Shown: in pieces, positions 18,446-34,342 of the stretch
Position numbering within the stretch: the first letter of the stretch is position 1
How the letters are laid out: every line of letters begins with the position of its first letter
Assembly (NCBI RefSeq): GCF_009914755.1
Contig: NC_060925.1
Reading direction: 5' to 3' (one strand)
Origin: the human T2T-CHM13v2.0 reference genome, Homo sapiens
DNA: 64,000 bases
Translations under genes and position numbers: made by a program
The notes under the pieces: model-generated
Told to the model about the DNA's origin: nothing
Database searches by the model: none
What the model saw: the letters and a program-made list of their open reading frames with translations, nothing else

Positions 18446-19780
18446 TGCTCCTTCTTTCATGTCATTCTCAGCTGGTTGCAATGATCCTTGCATCTTGAAG
18501 ACACTAGGAAAAGTGATCAAATTGAGCCCGCTTACAGATGGCAAACAGATGGGGAAGCCAGGATTGACTAATGGACCCTAGGGCCCAGAGTGAAGCAGGT
18601 CCTGCAGCCTCTATGGTGCTGAATGAAGACACCTGCAGGCAGGCTGGCTCAGCTCAGCGTGTCTTGTCAACTGCATGGACAGGCCCACAGGTCACAGGCA
18701 ATATGCAATATGTTGAATTAATTCCCTTCAAAGCCTTTTGGATGCAGAGGAGAATAAATGCATAAATAACCTGAAGCAGCAATTGATTTCCTATGGCCAT
18801 TTCTCAGCTCAGCCAGCTACTACAAGTCAGTTGGAATTGAGTTTGCTTTCCAACTACTTAATTTTTCAAAGACTTTTAAAAGCAAAAATATAGAAAAGAT
18901 GAATGCCCCCTTGTGATCAGGGCCCAGGGTCCCATAGTGAGTGCTCAGATGCTGGCTGTTCCTGGCAGCAGGCACCACCTCCCTGCCCTTGGCACGCACT
19001 GGGGTCAGAAATACCCTTGGGGACAGGGTCAGTCACTCCCAAAGCAAATTCATGCCCTATGCTGGGACTTGGACTGTTGCTAGAGGGGGATTGTTCATTG
19101 CTAGGAATTCTGACTATGCTGGTTTCCTGACCAAAGGCACAATCATTTGGCAGGTGCATGTTTTGTCTTGGTTTTGAGTGGGCAGAGTCGTTACCCAGGC
19201 TGTGTGTGTGTGCCAGCCGATCAAGCCCGATGGACAGTCTGGAATGGAGCGGGCCGAGCACAGCGTGGTCACTGGGAAGTCTGGGCAATAGATCAACCAG
19301 CTGGCCCAGGCCTTGGGGGCTGAGGAGTCCACTTTGCCAAGGCAGTTCGAGCCTTGCCGCACCCAAAGGCCTCGAGCATGGTCCCCTGCAAGAAGCCCTC
19401 ACAGCAAACTTCATGGCTGCCTTTGTGTCCCTCACGAGTGAATCAGCTCCTAACATGTACTGGGCACCTCTACATGCCAAGGCCTGAGCCAGGGGCTGGT
19501 GACACAGAGGGGACAAAACAGACAGTGCCTGGTGATCGTGAGTGTGTGTTTTCCCTTTAAGCATCAGCCACATTCTAGCAGGGGAGAGAGACCTGTGGGC
19601 AGATGCATTGTAACCCAACGTGGTGAGCTTGGAAACAAAGATGGGCAAAGCACTGAGAGGGAGCAGGGAGGCAGCTGAACACAGTGCCATGACCCAGGTG
19701 TGGGTGATGGCCCTGGGTGTGATGCCTGGCTCGGCCACCTTCCAGCTCTGACTCTGGGCAAATCCCTTCGGCTCTCTGAG

Positions 19781-19878
19781 CTTAAACCTGGGAGGTGGAG
19801 GTTGCAGTGAGCCGAGGTCGTGCCACCGCACTCCAGCTTAGGGGACAGAGCGAGACTCTGTCTTAAAAAAAAAAAAAC
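19781..19878 (+). mobile_element. Alu 3' fragment
   Basis: cttaaacctgggaggtggaggttgcagtgagcc...polyA. Confidence 0.88.
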
Positions 19879-19899
19879 ACGGGTCAGCCATTGCAGCTC

Positions 19900-20076
19900 C
19901 ACATTCCAGCTTCATCATGCTAGTCCTGTAACCATGCACTAGTTATTTCACCTCTGTAAGCCTTAGTTTCCTCATCTGTAAAATGGGGATAATTAAAACC
20001 TCAGAGGATTATTGCAAGGATTAAATAAGGCATGTGAAGTGTTTAACTGTGCCTGGCACACACTAAGTGCTCAGCA
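19900..20076 (+). mobile_element. MIR
   Basis: agtttcctcatctgtaaaatggggataat...aggattaaataag...gcctggcacacactaagtgctca. Confidence 0.85.
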
Positions 20077-20545
20077 AGGCTCCCAGCCTCCTCTGCTCCT
20101 CCCACACCTCCACGCAGGTGGTCTGGGTTTGCAGAAACCAATAATTGTGAGCTGGCCAGAGGAGGAGGAGGATGAAGATAAGGAATCAGTTGATCTTACA
20201 AGCAGGTAGTAGGGATCTCAGTAAATGCCAGTTGAATTTGGGCCTGTTTGTGTCTGAAGAGAAGATTCCTCGGCTACATGATGGATTTAAAATACTCATC
20301 CAGAAGGCCAGGGATTCCCACGGGAGATCAGCCCTTCCCCCTCCTGTGGGGTGCATCTGAACATGTGGCGGGACTGCTCTGAGAATCTCAATAACAGTTG
20401 GGAAAATCTCCTCAGACGCCTTACAGATCTCTAGGATGACGCATGGTAGAGCTTGTGGGTTCAGCCCCGGATGGGTTTCTGCAAACCCAAACTGCCTGCC
20501 TGGAGGCGTGGGAGGAGCAGAGGAGGCTGGGAGGCTTGCTGAGCA
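20068..20545. repeat. 72-bp inverted repeat (arms 20068-20139 and 20474-20545)
   Basis: Manual alignment gives 66/72 identity to the reverse complement, no gaps, 334-bp spacer. Confidence 0.93.
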
Positions 20546-21066
20546 TCTGCCTCTATGTCCTGGTGGGTCAGCTTCTGCGACTCCTTCTGTTTCCTAAGCC
20601 AAGTGCTCTCGGGTTTGGAGTGGTAGAGATGGTCTCCATGTTAGGACAGGACGTGCAGACAAAGGGATGTCAGTGCCACCCAGGGGGCTGCCCTTGAACC
20701 TGGCATGAAAGAGCAGTAAGAACTTCCTTTACCAAGCACCTACTATGTGCCAGGTGCTCCGTGGGATGACTGATGTACACCACTGCTGATCCCCACACCA
20801 CTCTGCAAAACCCAACTCATGTCTTTGGAAGGGTAGTTTCTTCAACATAAGCTCTGTGAGGTTGGTGCTATATCTATTAGCTGTCAACTCCCTAAAGCCT
20901 AGTCTAGTGCTTAGCACACAGTAAGTGCTTAACAAATACGAGCTAGTGGAGTGAATTTGATTTTGAATAATTCTCTCTTTAGAAGGTCTCATATGGTATA
21001 TTGCTTTGATTGAAAACATCCAACCAGGAGGGGCTGAAATATTGTAAGATAAAAATAGGAGCTCTG

Positions 21067-21615
21067 CTAAAAATAGAACTACCATTCAACCCATTAATCC
21101 CATTAAAGGGTATATACCCAAAGGAAGATAAATCGTGTTAAAGATACATACATCTGTATGTTCACTGCAGCACTATTCACAATAGCAAAGACATGGAGTC
21201 AACCTAAATGCCCATCAATGGTAGACTGGATAAAGAAAATGTGGTACATATATACCATGGAATATGATGCAGCCATAAAAATGAATGAGATCATGCCCTC
21301 TGCAGAAACATGGAAGGAACCGGAAGCCATTATCCTTAGCAAACTAATGCAGGTACAGAAAACCAAATACCATACGTTCTCATTTATAAGTGGGAGCTAA
21401 ATGATGAGAACGCATAAACACAAAGAGGGGAACAACAGACACTGGTGCTTACTCGAAGGTGGAGGATGAGAGGAGGGAAAGGATCAGAAACAGTAACTAT
21501 TGTACTAGGCTTAGTAGCTGGGTGATAAAATAATCTGCACAACAAACTCCAGTAACATGAGTTTACCTACATAACAAGCCTGCACATGTACCCCAGAACC
21601 TAAAATAAAAGGTTT
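21067..21615 (+). mobile_element. 5'-truncated L1 (old L1PA/L1PB type): ORF2 C-terminus plus 3'UTR
   Basis: ORF 21158..21400 MFTAALFTIAKTW..PKCPS..WIKKMW is the L1 ORF2 tail. TSD taggagctctg at 21056-21066 and 21620-21630. Confidence 0.95.
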
Positions 21616-22459
21616 TAAGTAGGAGCTCTGGAGTTGGAAAAAGATATGTCAAAATCCTCATTCTAGGGAGAGCTACTCCACCTTTCTCTAAATCCACTCT
21701 TCTCATCTGAAACTGGAGGCAGAACTACTGGCCCCATGGGGTGGTTGTGAGGGTGGAAGAGAATGTACATAAAACTGTGCAAAAACTGGGCAGAGAGCTA
21801 GGCCTTCATAGATGGTGGCTATTGCTATGCTGCTATTGCTGTGACAATGATTATTATGTCATTCCCATTTACAGGCAGCTCTGATTTTCAAGGCATTTTC
21901 ACCAGGTCATCTCCTCTGACTCTCTGGGCACTGGGCAAGGTCTGAGGCCAATTGCTGTCAAGGAGCCCAGAGCTTTGGCCCAGATCTGCTTGGGCCCTGC
22001 TCCCTGCCTGGCTGGATCCAGGGCTCTGTACTGGCCTTGGCTCTGTTGATTTGCTGGGAAACGTGCTGGGTGCCATTCCTACCTCCGTCTGCATGAAGGC
22101 CCCTTGGCGAAGCTCCTGGGTTCCCGGGCACCATCCAACACTGGGGTTCTCACCCAAGCACCCTCAGAGCCTGACCCACTCTGCCTTTCCATCAAGATGT
22201 ACTTCCAGCCTCCAAGCAGTAATGTGAGGGAAAGTAGGGGAAGAGAGGAATGTCCCTGTTTTGCAGATAAGGAGACAGGGTCAGTGAGAATGGTGCCTTG
22301 GCTGAGATCTTAGCTGAGGATTAATTACAGAGGCCAGAATCCAAATATGGCCTTCTGGCTGCTAATTGACCGTGAAGTTCTAATATGTGTTCAGGAAGTA
22401 GAAGCTGCCATTTAGTGGTATCCTTAGGGAACCATGAGGCCCCATAGTGGATATAGAAT

Positions 22460-23355
<896 letters not shown>

Positions 23356-25363
23356 TACACACAAAAACCACAAGCAAAAAATAGTGCCTACTTCACGGGC
23401 TCTTGTGAGAATTAAACAAAATAATGCCAGTAAAAATGTTTAGCATGGAGAGAAAAAGGTAATAAGCTGTTTACCAAATGGTTCTAGCTCTCTGTCTCTG
23501 ACCACATGGTAGGAAGACATTTACTGGCCCCTCCTTCACGTGAGGAATGTCTCCATGCCTTGCTTTGGCCAATGAAATGTTTGTAAAAGTCACATGTGTT
23601 ACTTATGGGTGAAGGTGCTTTAAGGGCCAGTGCATAAGTCACCACATTCTGTCTCCTACTGAGGAACCATACGTTGATATGGAGCTCCCTCGACCTGGGC
23701 ATCTACAACAACCAGAGTTCCCCTGGGTACCCAGACAGCATGAGTGAGAAATGAACCTTTGTTGTATCACACCTCTGCAATATTGGGGATGTTTGTCACT
23801 GCGGCATAACCTAGGCTGTCCTGACTGATACACTGTGAATACTGATAACATTCAACTTCAAGTTCCATTTACTTCTAGAGCATGTACTCTCTGTTGGCAT
23901 TATTCCAGGTACAGGAAGCACAGAGGTGAGTCACACACAATCCCTGCCCTCAAGGGGCTTGCAGTCTCAACACTTATTTGAAAGGAAGTTGACCACACTG
24001 AGCTTGAGGGAAGGGCAGGCTGGGCTGTAAGGGGCACCTTGGGAAGGGTGGTGATCCCTAGAGGAGCCACCCCTGGTGTTTGCAGAATCACCCCAAAAGG
24101 GAGTGGAAGCTGCGAAGACAGTTAATTCTACAGGCAGCTTTTCCTGGGGAAGGGGAAGGAATGACAAGTTTTGTTAGGGGCAGTGGAGAGGGGAGGCTGG
24201 TGGAAGGATTATGTGCTCTGGGTGACTCTAGGATTTACTGCTCTATTTTGTTACTAGCTCTCAGGGGACTCCAGAAAACAATTAGTGGATTCAAATGCAT
24301 TAGGGTAATTCCTCTTTTACATCCCTTAACTCAGATAATGACAGCTATCCTGCAATTAGGAGAGGGTCTTCTCAGTGTGCAGATTAATTGGGTGTTAAAC
24401 AGCAGGGCTGCCTGAAAGCAGGCAGTGCAGCTGGGAGGAATGAGATGTGAAACAGCAGCCCTGGGCAAAGGGTGAAGAATTCATTGACGATCTCGACCAT
24501 CTGGAGGTGTGAAGATGCCCCATTGGTAATACAAGGGCAAGGACTTGGGAGGGGAATGGTTGAGGAAGAGGGTAGGAGGCGCTGTGGCCATGGGAAGGAG
24601 TGGAAACTGGAGGTTCTGACCCTGTGGGAGGCCAATTATTCCTCAACTAGGTCCAGGGTCCATGCCATCCATCAGGGAGGGATTGCTATAATATGACATG
24701 CCTACTCCCATTTATTAACAGTTTCTAGGAAATTATCAATGCTCAGCGAGTACTTCTGGGTTCTTATTACAGGCCAGCATTTATATGCATTATTGCCTAT
24801 AACGTAATCCTCCTAAAAACCTGTTGTAGATACTATTATTGGCTATGTCTCACATAAGTGGAGTTCAGAGAGGTTACATGACTGGGTGCGTGGTGGGTTT
24901 GGAATTCAAACCAGAGGCCCTGACTCCAGAGCTCACACACTTGTAGCAACTAAGCTGGCAGCTTCTCAGCGGAGAAGAGCCCTGTGGCCCATCATCTGTG
25001 ATGGCAGAGGCCTGTACCTTGCCGCGTCCTGCAAGCGCCTGGTGCTGGGCCAGGCCCTGAGTGTGTGTGTATTTTTGTGATCACAAGTATGTCCCTATGT
25101 CCCTGTTTTGATTTGTTCTGCTTTGTGCTTTCTGGGGTGAGTTAAAGCAGTCTGGCGAGAAGGGCTCTGCTCTGGTCCCCACCAGCTTCCTTGGCCTCAG
25201 GTCCCCAAAGCAGGGAGGTCACACTCGAGTGCTTGGCTCTCGGGATCAGGACCTTTCTGTTCCCCTCTGCAGTGGGTGATCTTTTGTTTCCAACTCCCCA
25301 TTTCTATGAACCATCAGGAATTCCCTTACACTCTGGAAAGAAAAAGGAAAACTGGGGATATAA

Positions 25364-26736
<1,373 letters not shown>

Positions 26737-29564
26737 CTACCCTCAAATGTTTGTCTACATCTGTGCCAAGCACTGGGGACACACACGGCTGAGCAGGGCA
26801 TGCACTGCCCCTGACACACAGAATCGATTCCTTTACTTGGCTCATGGGTCATGTGTCCATCAAGCACCTAGTATGTGCCAGGCACTGTGACAGGCTAGGG
26901 ATACAGTGACAAGAAGGAGAAACAGGGCCCCTGCCCACCTTCACCCTGTGCGTGGGCTGGGCTGCACACCAGAATTGCCCAGGGGAGCTATTTCCAAAAT
27001 AGGGGTGCCTGATCCCTTCCATATAGGGGCCTCATATATATATTTTGGGAAAACAATTGCCCACGTGCTGCTGATGTGTACCTCCAGGTGACAATTACTG
27101 GTAGACTGGAAAGACAGATGAGCAAGCAGGGAGGTATAACAGGGAGACAGGCCAGCGCTGGGAAAGATGTTCAAGGAAGAATGGAGTGTGGCTTGGAGAG
27201 ACAGTCTAGCGTAGGGTGAAGATCGCACAATCTCCAGCCAGACTGCCTGCTCTGCCACCTCCTAGCCGTGTGATTCAGGCAAATCCCTACACTCTGCATT
27301 TCTCTTTCCTCCTCTGTAAAATGGATGTGATAATTGTACCTACTTCACAGAGCTGTTGGAAGGACTCCATGAAATAATACATATGATGAGCTTAGAATTG
27401 TGTCTGGTGCATGAAAACGCAGTGTATTCCATAAGTGTGTGCTGTGTGGTTACTACTACTACTATTATCATCATTATTATTGGAGGGAAAGCTTCCAGAC
27501 ACAGTGAGACCTGAGAAATGAGTAGGAATTATCTAGAAAAGGAGACAGAGAGGACGGACCAAGAGGGAACAATGGAAATAGAGCTTGGTCTGCTGGAGCC
27601 CGGCATGTGAGGTGGAGAGAGGCGGGGGAAGGTGCTGAAGGCAGATCATGAGTGGGGCCCTGTGAGTCATGCTGGGACATCCACACTGATCTAGAGAACA
27701 GCAGGGGCATTAGAGGCCCTTGGGGTCTGCCGAGTTGCTGCCGTGTGAGTGTGTGCAGATGCGTGTATGAATGTGTGCAGGTGTGTGTGTGAGTGTGCAT
27801 ATGTGCGCATGTGTGTGAACTGTAGGGTGCCCAGCACCAGTGCCCCCGGGTCCTCCTTGGCAGGATCCACTCAGTTACTCATTCACTCCACAGTTTAAAG
27901 ACCTCAATCTTTCCCCAGCGTTGAACCAGTTGTTTCCAACTCCTTAGCCTGGCACAGTGCCAGGCTCCCACCCTGACCTATTAGCATTTCCCACCAACCC
28001 ACCTGGGGGGCCTCTTACGTGGGCTGCAGAGACACCAGATGCCACCGTTTCTAGACACCCCTGAGAGCCCCGCCTTTGCCCATGCTGGCCGACCCTCTGG
28101 AATGCCCTGCCCTAGTCCAGCTGCCGTCTGCCAAATACAGCATAGTGGTTAGGAGTGAGGGCTCCAGGGCCAGACTCCCTGGGCCTGAATCCTGGCTCTG
28201 GCACTTAGGATTCTTGTGGCTTCACCTCTCAGCCTCAGTTTTCTCATCTGAAGCAGGGAGACTGGTGGAACCTCCCTCCTGTGGCTGCAGTGAGGGAGGA
28301 ATGTGATCACACTTGCAAGTGCTTGGAACACAGCCTGGCACCCGGTGGATCTGCACTAGCTCGTGGGCACAGCAGCATGTGCCTGATTCCCTCACCCAAA
28401 GTCCAGCTCCTTCATCTTCCTGACCACTCACAGTGCACTGGGCACTGTGCTGGGCACTAGGGGGGCGGCAGGGCTCAAGGCAGACCCTGCCTACCTGGAC
28501 TTCACATCTAATGTGAGGCTGGAGAGCGGACACAAAATGACAAGTTCTGACATCTACACAACACTCACCACAGTTCCCTGTGCACAGTAGGTCCTCAGGT
28601 TGGAATTCAGAGGACATTTACTGAGTGTACCCAAACTGGGGCCAGGAATTCTCACATTCGTTATGTCATCCCCCCATGATCCTTTGAGATAAGTGTACAA
28701 AGCTCATATCCTTTGAGGAAGCTGAGGCCCAGAGAGGTTAAGTGACTAGCCCAAGGTCCGACAGCCAGTCAGTGGCAAAGCTAGGAGCCAAATCCAGGTC
28801 TGCCTAATATCAAAACCCAAAATCTCAGCTATGGGCCATGAGGATCCAGGGGTGGGAGCAGCGAGCAGGAAAGATGCTGGAAGGAAGCTGCTTTGGGAAC
28901 CATCCCCCAAAAGGCTGTAGTGCAGGAACTTCCCAGTGTCACACAAACCAGCCCTGTCACCAAGAAGCCACCTGCCTCCCTCTTCCCTCTTTCCAGTTTC
29001 CAGCCTCACATTCTGGGGACAGCTGAGAGTCGACCTCACTTCCGGTTACCACAGCCAAATGGTTCATGGTAATTAATTCAATTTGTTTGGCAGGGGAATT
29101 AAAGTCTTGCCTGTACTAACGATCTTAAGTTAACATAGCATTTATGCTAACTGGAGGCAGAGACATGCCCTCTGAATGAAGAATTGGTTCTATTAATAAG
29201 ACTACATCTCTCTAGGTAACGAGCCTGGCAGATAGACGGTTTGCTGCCAGAGAGGGAAAGATGACAAGGAAAGAAGCAAAATGATGACAGCAGAGAGGAT
29301 GGCAACTTTTCAAAGGCTTCCCTGGGAAAAGTAGATTTGGAGAGCAGGGAGGAGTCTGCATTGGCCGACAACCAGCACCGATGGCCAGATACACGAATGA
29401 GGTCAACTTGGACCTCCTGGGTGTTCCAGCTCTGACTACAACTGCATGACTAAGCCCAGGCAGGAGAGGCAAATGGTCTTGCCAACTCATAGAATCGTGA
29501 GAAATGATCAGTTATTGCTGCTTTTGGCCACCGTGTTTGGAGAGGCCGTTTTGCAGCAACAAAT

Positions 29565-29821
29565 AACAATCATGGTGGAGGGCAAAGGAGAAGTAAAGGC
29601 ACGTCGTACATGGTGGCAGGCAAGAGAACGCGTGCAGGGGAACTGCCCTTTATAAAACCATCAGCTCTCATGAGACTTATTCACTATCATGGAAACAGCA
29701 TGGGGAAAACCCACCCCCCTGATTCAATTACCTCCCACCGGGTCCCTCCCATGACCCATGTGGATTGTGGGAGCCACAATTCAAGATGAGATTTGGGTGA
29801 GGACACAACCAAATCATATTA
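29565..29821 (-). mobile_element. THE1 (ERVL-MaLR) LTR fragment
   Basis: acaatcatggtggagggcaaagg...tataaaaccatcag.tctcatgagacttattcactatcat...gagatttgggtgaggacaca. Confidence 0.88.
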
Positions 29822-30164
29822 AGCTCCAATCCTTCTCTCCCATCCACCCTCCACTCCCAGGTTCAACAATTTCTCTCTGAGTTCCTCCTCTTGCCTTCAG
29901 AGTCCTGCCGCTGCTACCTTCCACTGAGAGGAGGTGAGCCCATGTTCCAGGAGCAGTGAACCACTCCAAGTGCCCCAGGCTCGGCAACTCACTCTCCCAA
30001 CCAGCCCCTCCACAGGCAGCCCCTGCTGACAGATCTGTCCAAAACCAGCATTCTGCCCTGGAGACCTCACCTACCCAAGGCCAGGAGCAGCAGCCCTCAA
30101 GCTTTTCACTGCCTTGCACAGAAAGGATGACACTGGAGGCATGACACACTCCCAAAGGTGTCTG

Positions 30165-30490
30165 TGTGTGGTTGAATGGTGAACCCCCAGAAGATATGTC
30201 CACCCAGAACCTGTGAATGCGACCTCATCTGGTAAAAGGGTCGTTGCAGATATAATTAAGTAAATGATCTTGACATGGGATCACCCTGGATGAGAGTGGG
30301 CCCTAAATCCAATGACTCTGTCTGTCCTTATGAGAGAAGACAACAGGCAGAGACTGGAATGACATGTCTACAAGCCAAGGAATGCTAAGGACTGCTGGCA
30401 GCCACAAGAAGTTGGAAGAGACAGGAAAAATCCTCCACTAGAGCCTTCAGAGGGAAAGTGCACCTGCCAACACCTTAATTTTGAATTTCT
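30165..30490 (+). mobile_element. MLT1B/C LTR fragment
   Basis: aagatatgtccac..agaacctgtgaatg...caagccaaggaatgc...ctagagccttcagaggga. Confidence 0.8.
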
Positions 30491-30772
30491 TGTCCCCTTC
30501 ATTCCCACTTGGGAAAGTGCATTAGAACACAAAAGCCAGTGTCATTATTACAGGATGGTCCATCTTGCATCTACTCTAATGTATGTATATAAAATCATTT
30601 CCCCAAGGTTGATGACGATTTTTCTTGATTTTTAAACTATTTTTAACTTTTAACTATTATTTCTAAGAACTGGGAACACATTTTGCAAGGCTCATGGCCC
30701 CTGGCCCAGAACATCTGTCCCTGGGAACAAGCTTGTGAAGGGTTTCCGTCTGTGACAATAATCCATGCTCAC

Positions 30773-30857
30773 CTTTCTCTTGAGCCATCTCCTGCAGACA
30801 GAAGTAGATGACTCTGGCTCCCAGGCTGAAGCCAATCAAGGTGACAGGTCGTCGCCC
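30773..30857 (-). CDS. TMCO4: TMCO4 exon (85 nt): GRRPVTLIGFSLGARVIYFCLQEMAQEK-D, containing GxSxG
   Basis: Acceptor tttttcccttcAG, donor G|GTgagc; phase 0 to 1. In frame with the preceding exon. Confidence 0.95.
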
Positions 30858-33224
30858 CTGAAGGGAAAAAGGACACAGGTGTCTGGAAGGAATACTGCCA
30901 GTTCTAGCAAAACATCAGGCCTGAGGAGGGCAGCCTTTGCACATTCCTTACCACCTGATTCTCATCTAATGAATCATGCATGTGCTGTTCCGGTCCCTGA
31001 GCGCTGATGTCTTAATCAGCAGAGTCAGGACCCTCATTTATGCAGGAGTGCACCTGCTGCTGGAATTGGCTTCCTCCAAGGCCAACAGGCAGCCCCCGGC
31101 TGGGTTAATTCCCTTTCATCTCAAATCATTATCCAGCCACCGTCTCATCTTCCCCAGGAGACAGGGCTAGTCAATTACAAGAGCAACTTCCCTTGCACTG
31201 ATCTGCCTTGCGGCAAATGGCTGCAGTGCTGCGGGACCCCTTCCGGAGCTGGGGAGATTAGACAGAAGGCACCCCCAGGTGTGAGGGGTAAAAAGGCAAG
31301 AGTGACAAGGGAGGGACAACAGTTCAGTTTCTAGATAGGAAGGTGGGGCACAAAATATTGGCTCTAAGTGATAAGATAAGGTAGTAAGTCAGATGGAAAG
31401 AGGAATTTTCTGACTCAAGGACTTGTAAGAAAAGGTAACTGATCATGTCAAGACTCTAAAGAAAATGAAAGTTATCTGGGGGCGTTTGGGTACAAGCTTA
31501 CATGGAAGGAGAGGAGGGGAGTGGATGAGCTCTGGAGGCCCAGCCTGGTTTTACCAGTCTATTCCTTTTCCTTGGTTTTGTGCCAATACACGTATTCCAC
31601 ATCCCCACACCACTCCACTTACCACAGTAGAAAATCCTCTGTTAAACAGTATTCGAATCCTGCAGGAGCTTTGTGCCAACCCTGCTGGCCACTGCCCAAT
31701 ATCATTCTCCCCTTTGTCCTTTACTCCTGAGTTTGACTGGGCACACGGCCACCCAGCCAAAGACGAAGTTTCCCTGACTCCTCCGTAGCTTGAGGTGGCC
31801 ACAGGGCTGAGACTTAGCACAGGGCAAGGAAAGGGGATCCTCCCTAAGGCATGCATTTTTGCCTTTTGACCTCCAGAGCTGTAAAATAGTACATTTGTTT
31901 TCAGCTGGTAAATTTGTGGTAATTTGTAACAGTGGCAGCAGGAAACTAACACATCATCTTGCTCCAGATATTGACACCCAGACTCTTACTTGGGAGAGAA
32001 CAAAATTCTATCTTGTCTAAGCCAATGCCACTTTGGCCTTTGCCTTAGAGTCAAGCCTGCCGAAGGATTTTCTGTTTCTTTTGACAAAGACGCAGGGATT
32101 GAAGGGGGTGGCCAGTTGCTCAAGCAGTTTAGCTGCATGGCAGAAACTGCTAGTTGTCATCCCTCAATATCCATCCTCCCTTTTTTCCATAGTAATTGAA
32201 TTTCAGCTGGGTTCATCATCACTCAGAATAAATACTATATTTCCCAGCTTCTGTGGCAGCTAGGAATGGTCATGTGACTAGGCTCTGGCCAGTGAGACAC
32301 CAACTGAAATGTTGTAAGGCTTTGCTGTTTCTTCTTCAGTTCTTCCTTTCTCCTGCTCCCTGGAGCTCGGATGATGCCATCTTTGATACAAGGTCAAGAC
32401 CCCAGAGCAACAAGGTAGCAGGAACCTGGGCCTCTGCACCATGGAAGGCTATTAGACAACCTTGCTAGGCTTCTCCAGGAAAATAAATTTCTACCTTGTT
32501 TAAGCCACTGTTATTTTGGGTTTTCTCCCACTTCCAGCCAAAACAAATCCTGACAATGCAGTCATTTCTGGTACTGCTTCTCAAGCTTTTGTCTCCATTC
32601 ACTCAAGTTTTATTCTGAAGGGGATGGTTTTATTCTCTTGGTAAGTACATCTTTACTAGATTCAAATTTTAAAAGTATTATGATGATGTCTCTTCCTAAC
32701 CATTTTACATGGTATTTAGACCACCAAAGATGACCTCACAAAGTAGCTTTATACTTCTGGGAAGGAACACCAGGCCACCAGCATGTGGGAATTCCATTGG
32801 TGGCCAGCTGAAGCACCTGGTCTCATTCACTTTACTGGCTTCACTGCAAACTGCGTCAGAGGTTTCCACTGAAATATCACCCAAATGAGCCCAGTGATTA
32901 TCCTAAACACTTGAATGAAGAGCTGATACATAGGAGCCACTTTTGCTTCTGCCAGAGTCCCCCAGACTTGTTCCTACCTGCAGATGCCCTGTTATTCAGT
33001 CCTTACCTAAATACCTGCTAGAGCTGCAGAGTCTATAATTCTTACTGTTCATCCTAGGACACATTCATTACTTGAACTGGAGAGGCAGCAAGGACTGCCC
33101 ACACCCCCAAAACCATTGAGTTATCTCCAAGTAGCCTTGCCTCTAAGGCTGATATCTGTGAACAAGTCAGCACCTGACTTCCCCTCTTGCTCAATGCCAC
33201 GCCCACACAGCCATTCCCAGGTAC

Positions 33225-33361
33225 CTGCTGCCGGGAGAGCAGGATGTGGGCCAGGTGCTTGCCAACCTCTGCTGATCGATGGAGACACACCCCCCAGGGG
33301 TTGTCGATGACATTGGCGACACTGAGGAGTGAGGCTGGCCAGGTCAGGGCAGCCACAATGC
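33225..33361 (-). CDS. TMCO4: TMCO4 exon (137 nt): IVAALTWPASLLSVANVIDNPWGVCLHRSAEVGKHLAHILLSRQQ
   Basis: Acceptor cctccccAG, donor CAG|GTacct; phase 1 to 0. Contains the IDNPW motif. Confidence 0.96.
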
Positions 33362-34177
33362 CTGGGGAGGTGAGATAGTGATGAAGGGAATGACCCCCGT
33401 CCTAGGGTCCTACTAGGGAAGTGACTGGCTAACAGATGCTCAAATAAATGCATGCAGTCTCCAACTTGGACCTGCAAGTTTGCCAATCAAACTGCTAAAG
33501 AACAAAGAAATCCGAAACTCATGAATTTCTGATATATGGACTCAATCCCTTCTGCTCAAGCCCTTGTCACGTGTGAGATGGCCCCAATTCGTCTCCACAC
33601 CCTGTACCCTCCCACTTTGCTTCATAACTCTGCAGTGGGGACCCCTGCCCTGCCCATCCCCTCTAGACTCAGCCATGTGACTTGCTTTTGCCAAAGACAT
33701 TAATAGATGTGAGGCTTGAAATGGATTTGTGCACCAGGGCTAGCCTCTTGCGCTTCTATCATTGACATGGGCTTGCCTGCTCATCCCAGGAGGATGAGAG
33801 ACAAATGGAGCAGAGCTGAGTTGCCCCAGACAAGGCTAGCATTGATCGGTGGATGGTTGGCTGACCCACAGGCCTAGCTAAGATCCACCAACTCCAGCCT
33901 CCTGAGCTATTACAGTAAACATCCCATGGAGTTTTGGGGTGGCTTGTCCCGCAGCAATAGCTAACGGACTGATCATGTGATTGGCTGTTTACCTGTCTTC
34001 TCTCCATAGGGATCATAAACTTCCCCCAGACAGGAATGCGGCCTTAACCTCTCTGTGTTCCTAGGGTCCAGCACGGTGCCTGCCCTGGGGGCTCTGGGCA
34101 TGCAAAACTATGGTACCACTGTGTTGGGATGAAGGCAGTGGGCATGCTGTTGTTGGGGGGCAGGTGGGGGCACTTAC

Positions 34178-34342
34178 CAGACAACACTGTGTACTTTAGG
34201 GCCTCCTGGGCCACCATGTTGGCGAGACCACTGAGGATGGTCTCCAGGGCATTGCCGAGCTCCATCAGGTACTTGGCTTCCCAGGCCAGGCAGTACTGCT
34301 CACGGCTGTGGGCCAGGGCAGCCCACGGGGCACTGAAGGTGC
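34178..34342 (-). CDS. TMCO4: TMCO4 exon (165 nt): TFSAPWAALAHSREQYCLAWEAKYLMELGNALETILSGLANMVAQEALKYTVLS-G
   Basis: Acceptor atctccccAG, donor G|GTaagt; phase 1-1. Lies inside ORF 34044..34415. Confidence 0.96.

Noticed and set aside
18917-19831. Longest ORF (304 aa, minus strand)
   Set aside because: Starts inside an Alu fragment with a non-ATG codon and runs through MIR/L2-like sequence; no recognisable domain.
21158-21400. 80-aa ORF as an independent gene
   Set aside because: C-terminal remnant of L1 ORF2 in a 5'-truncated element.
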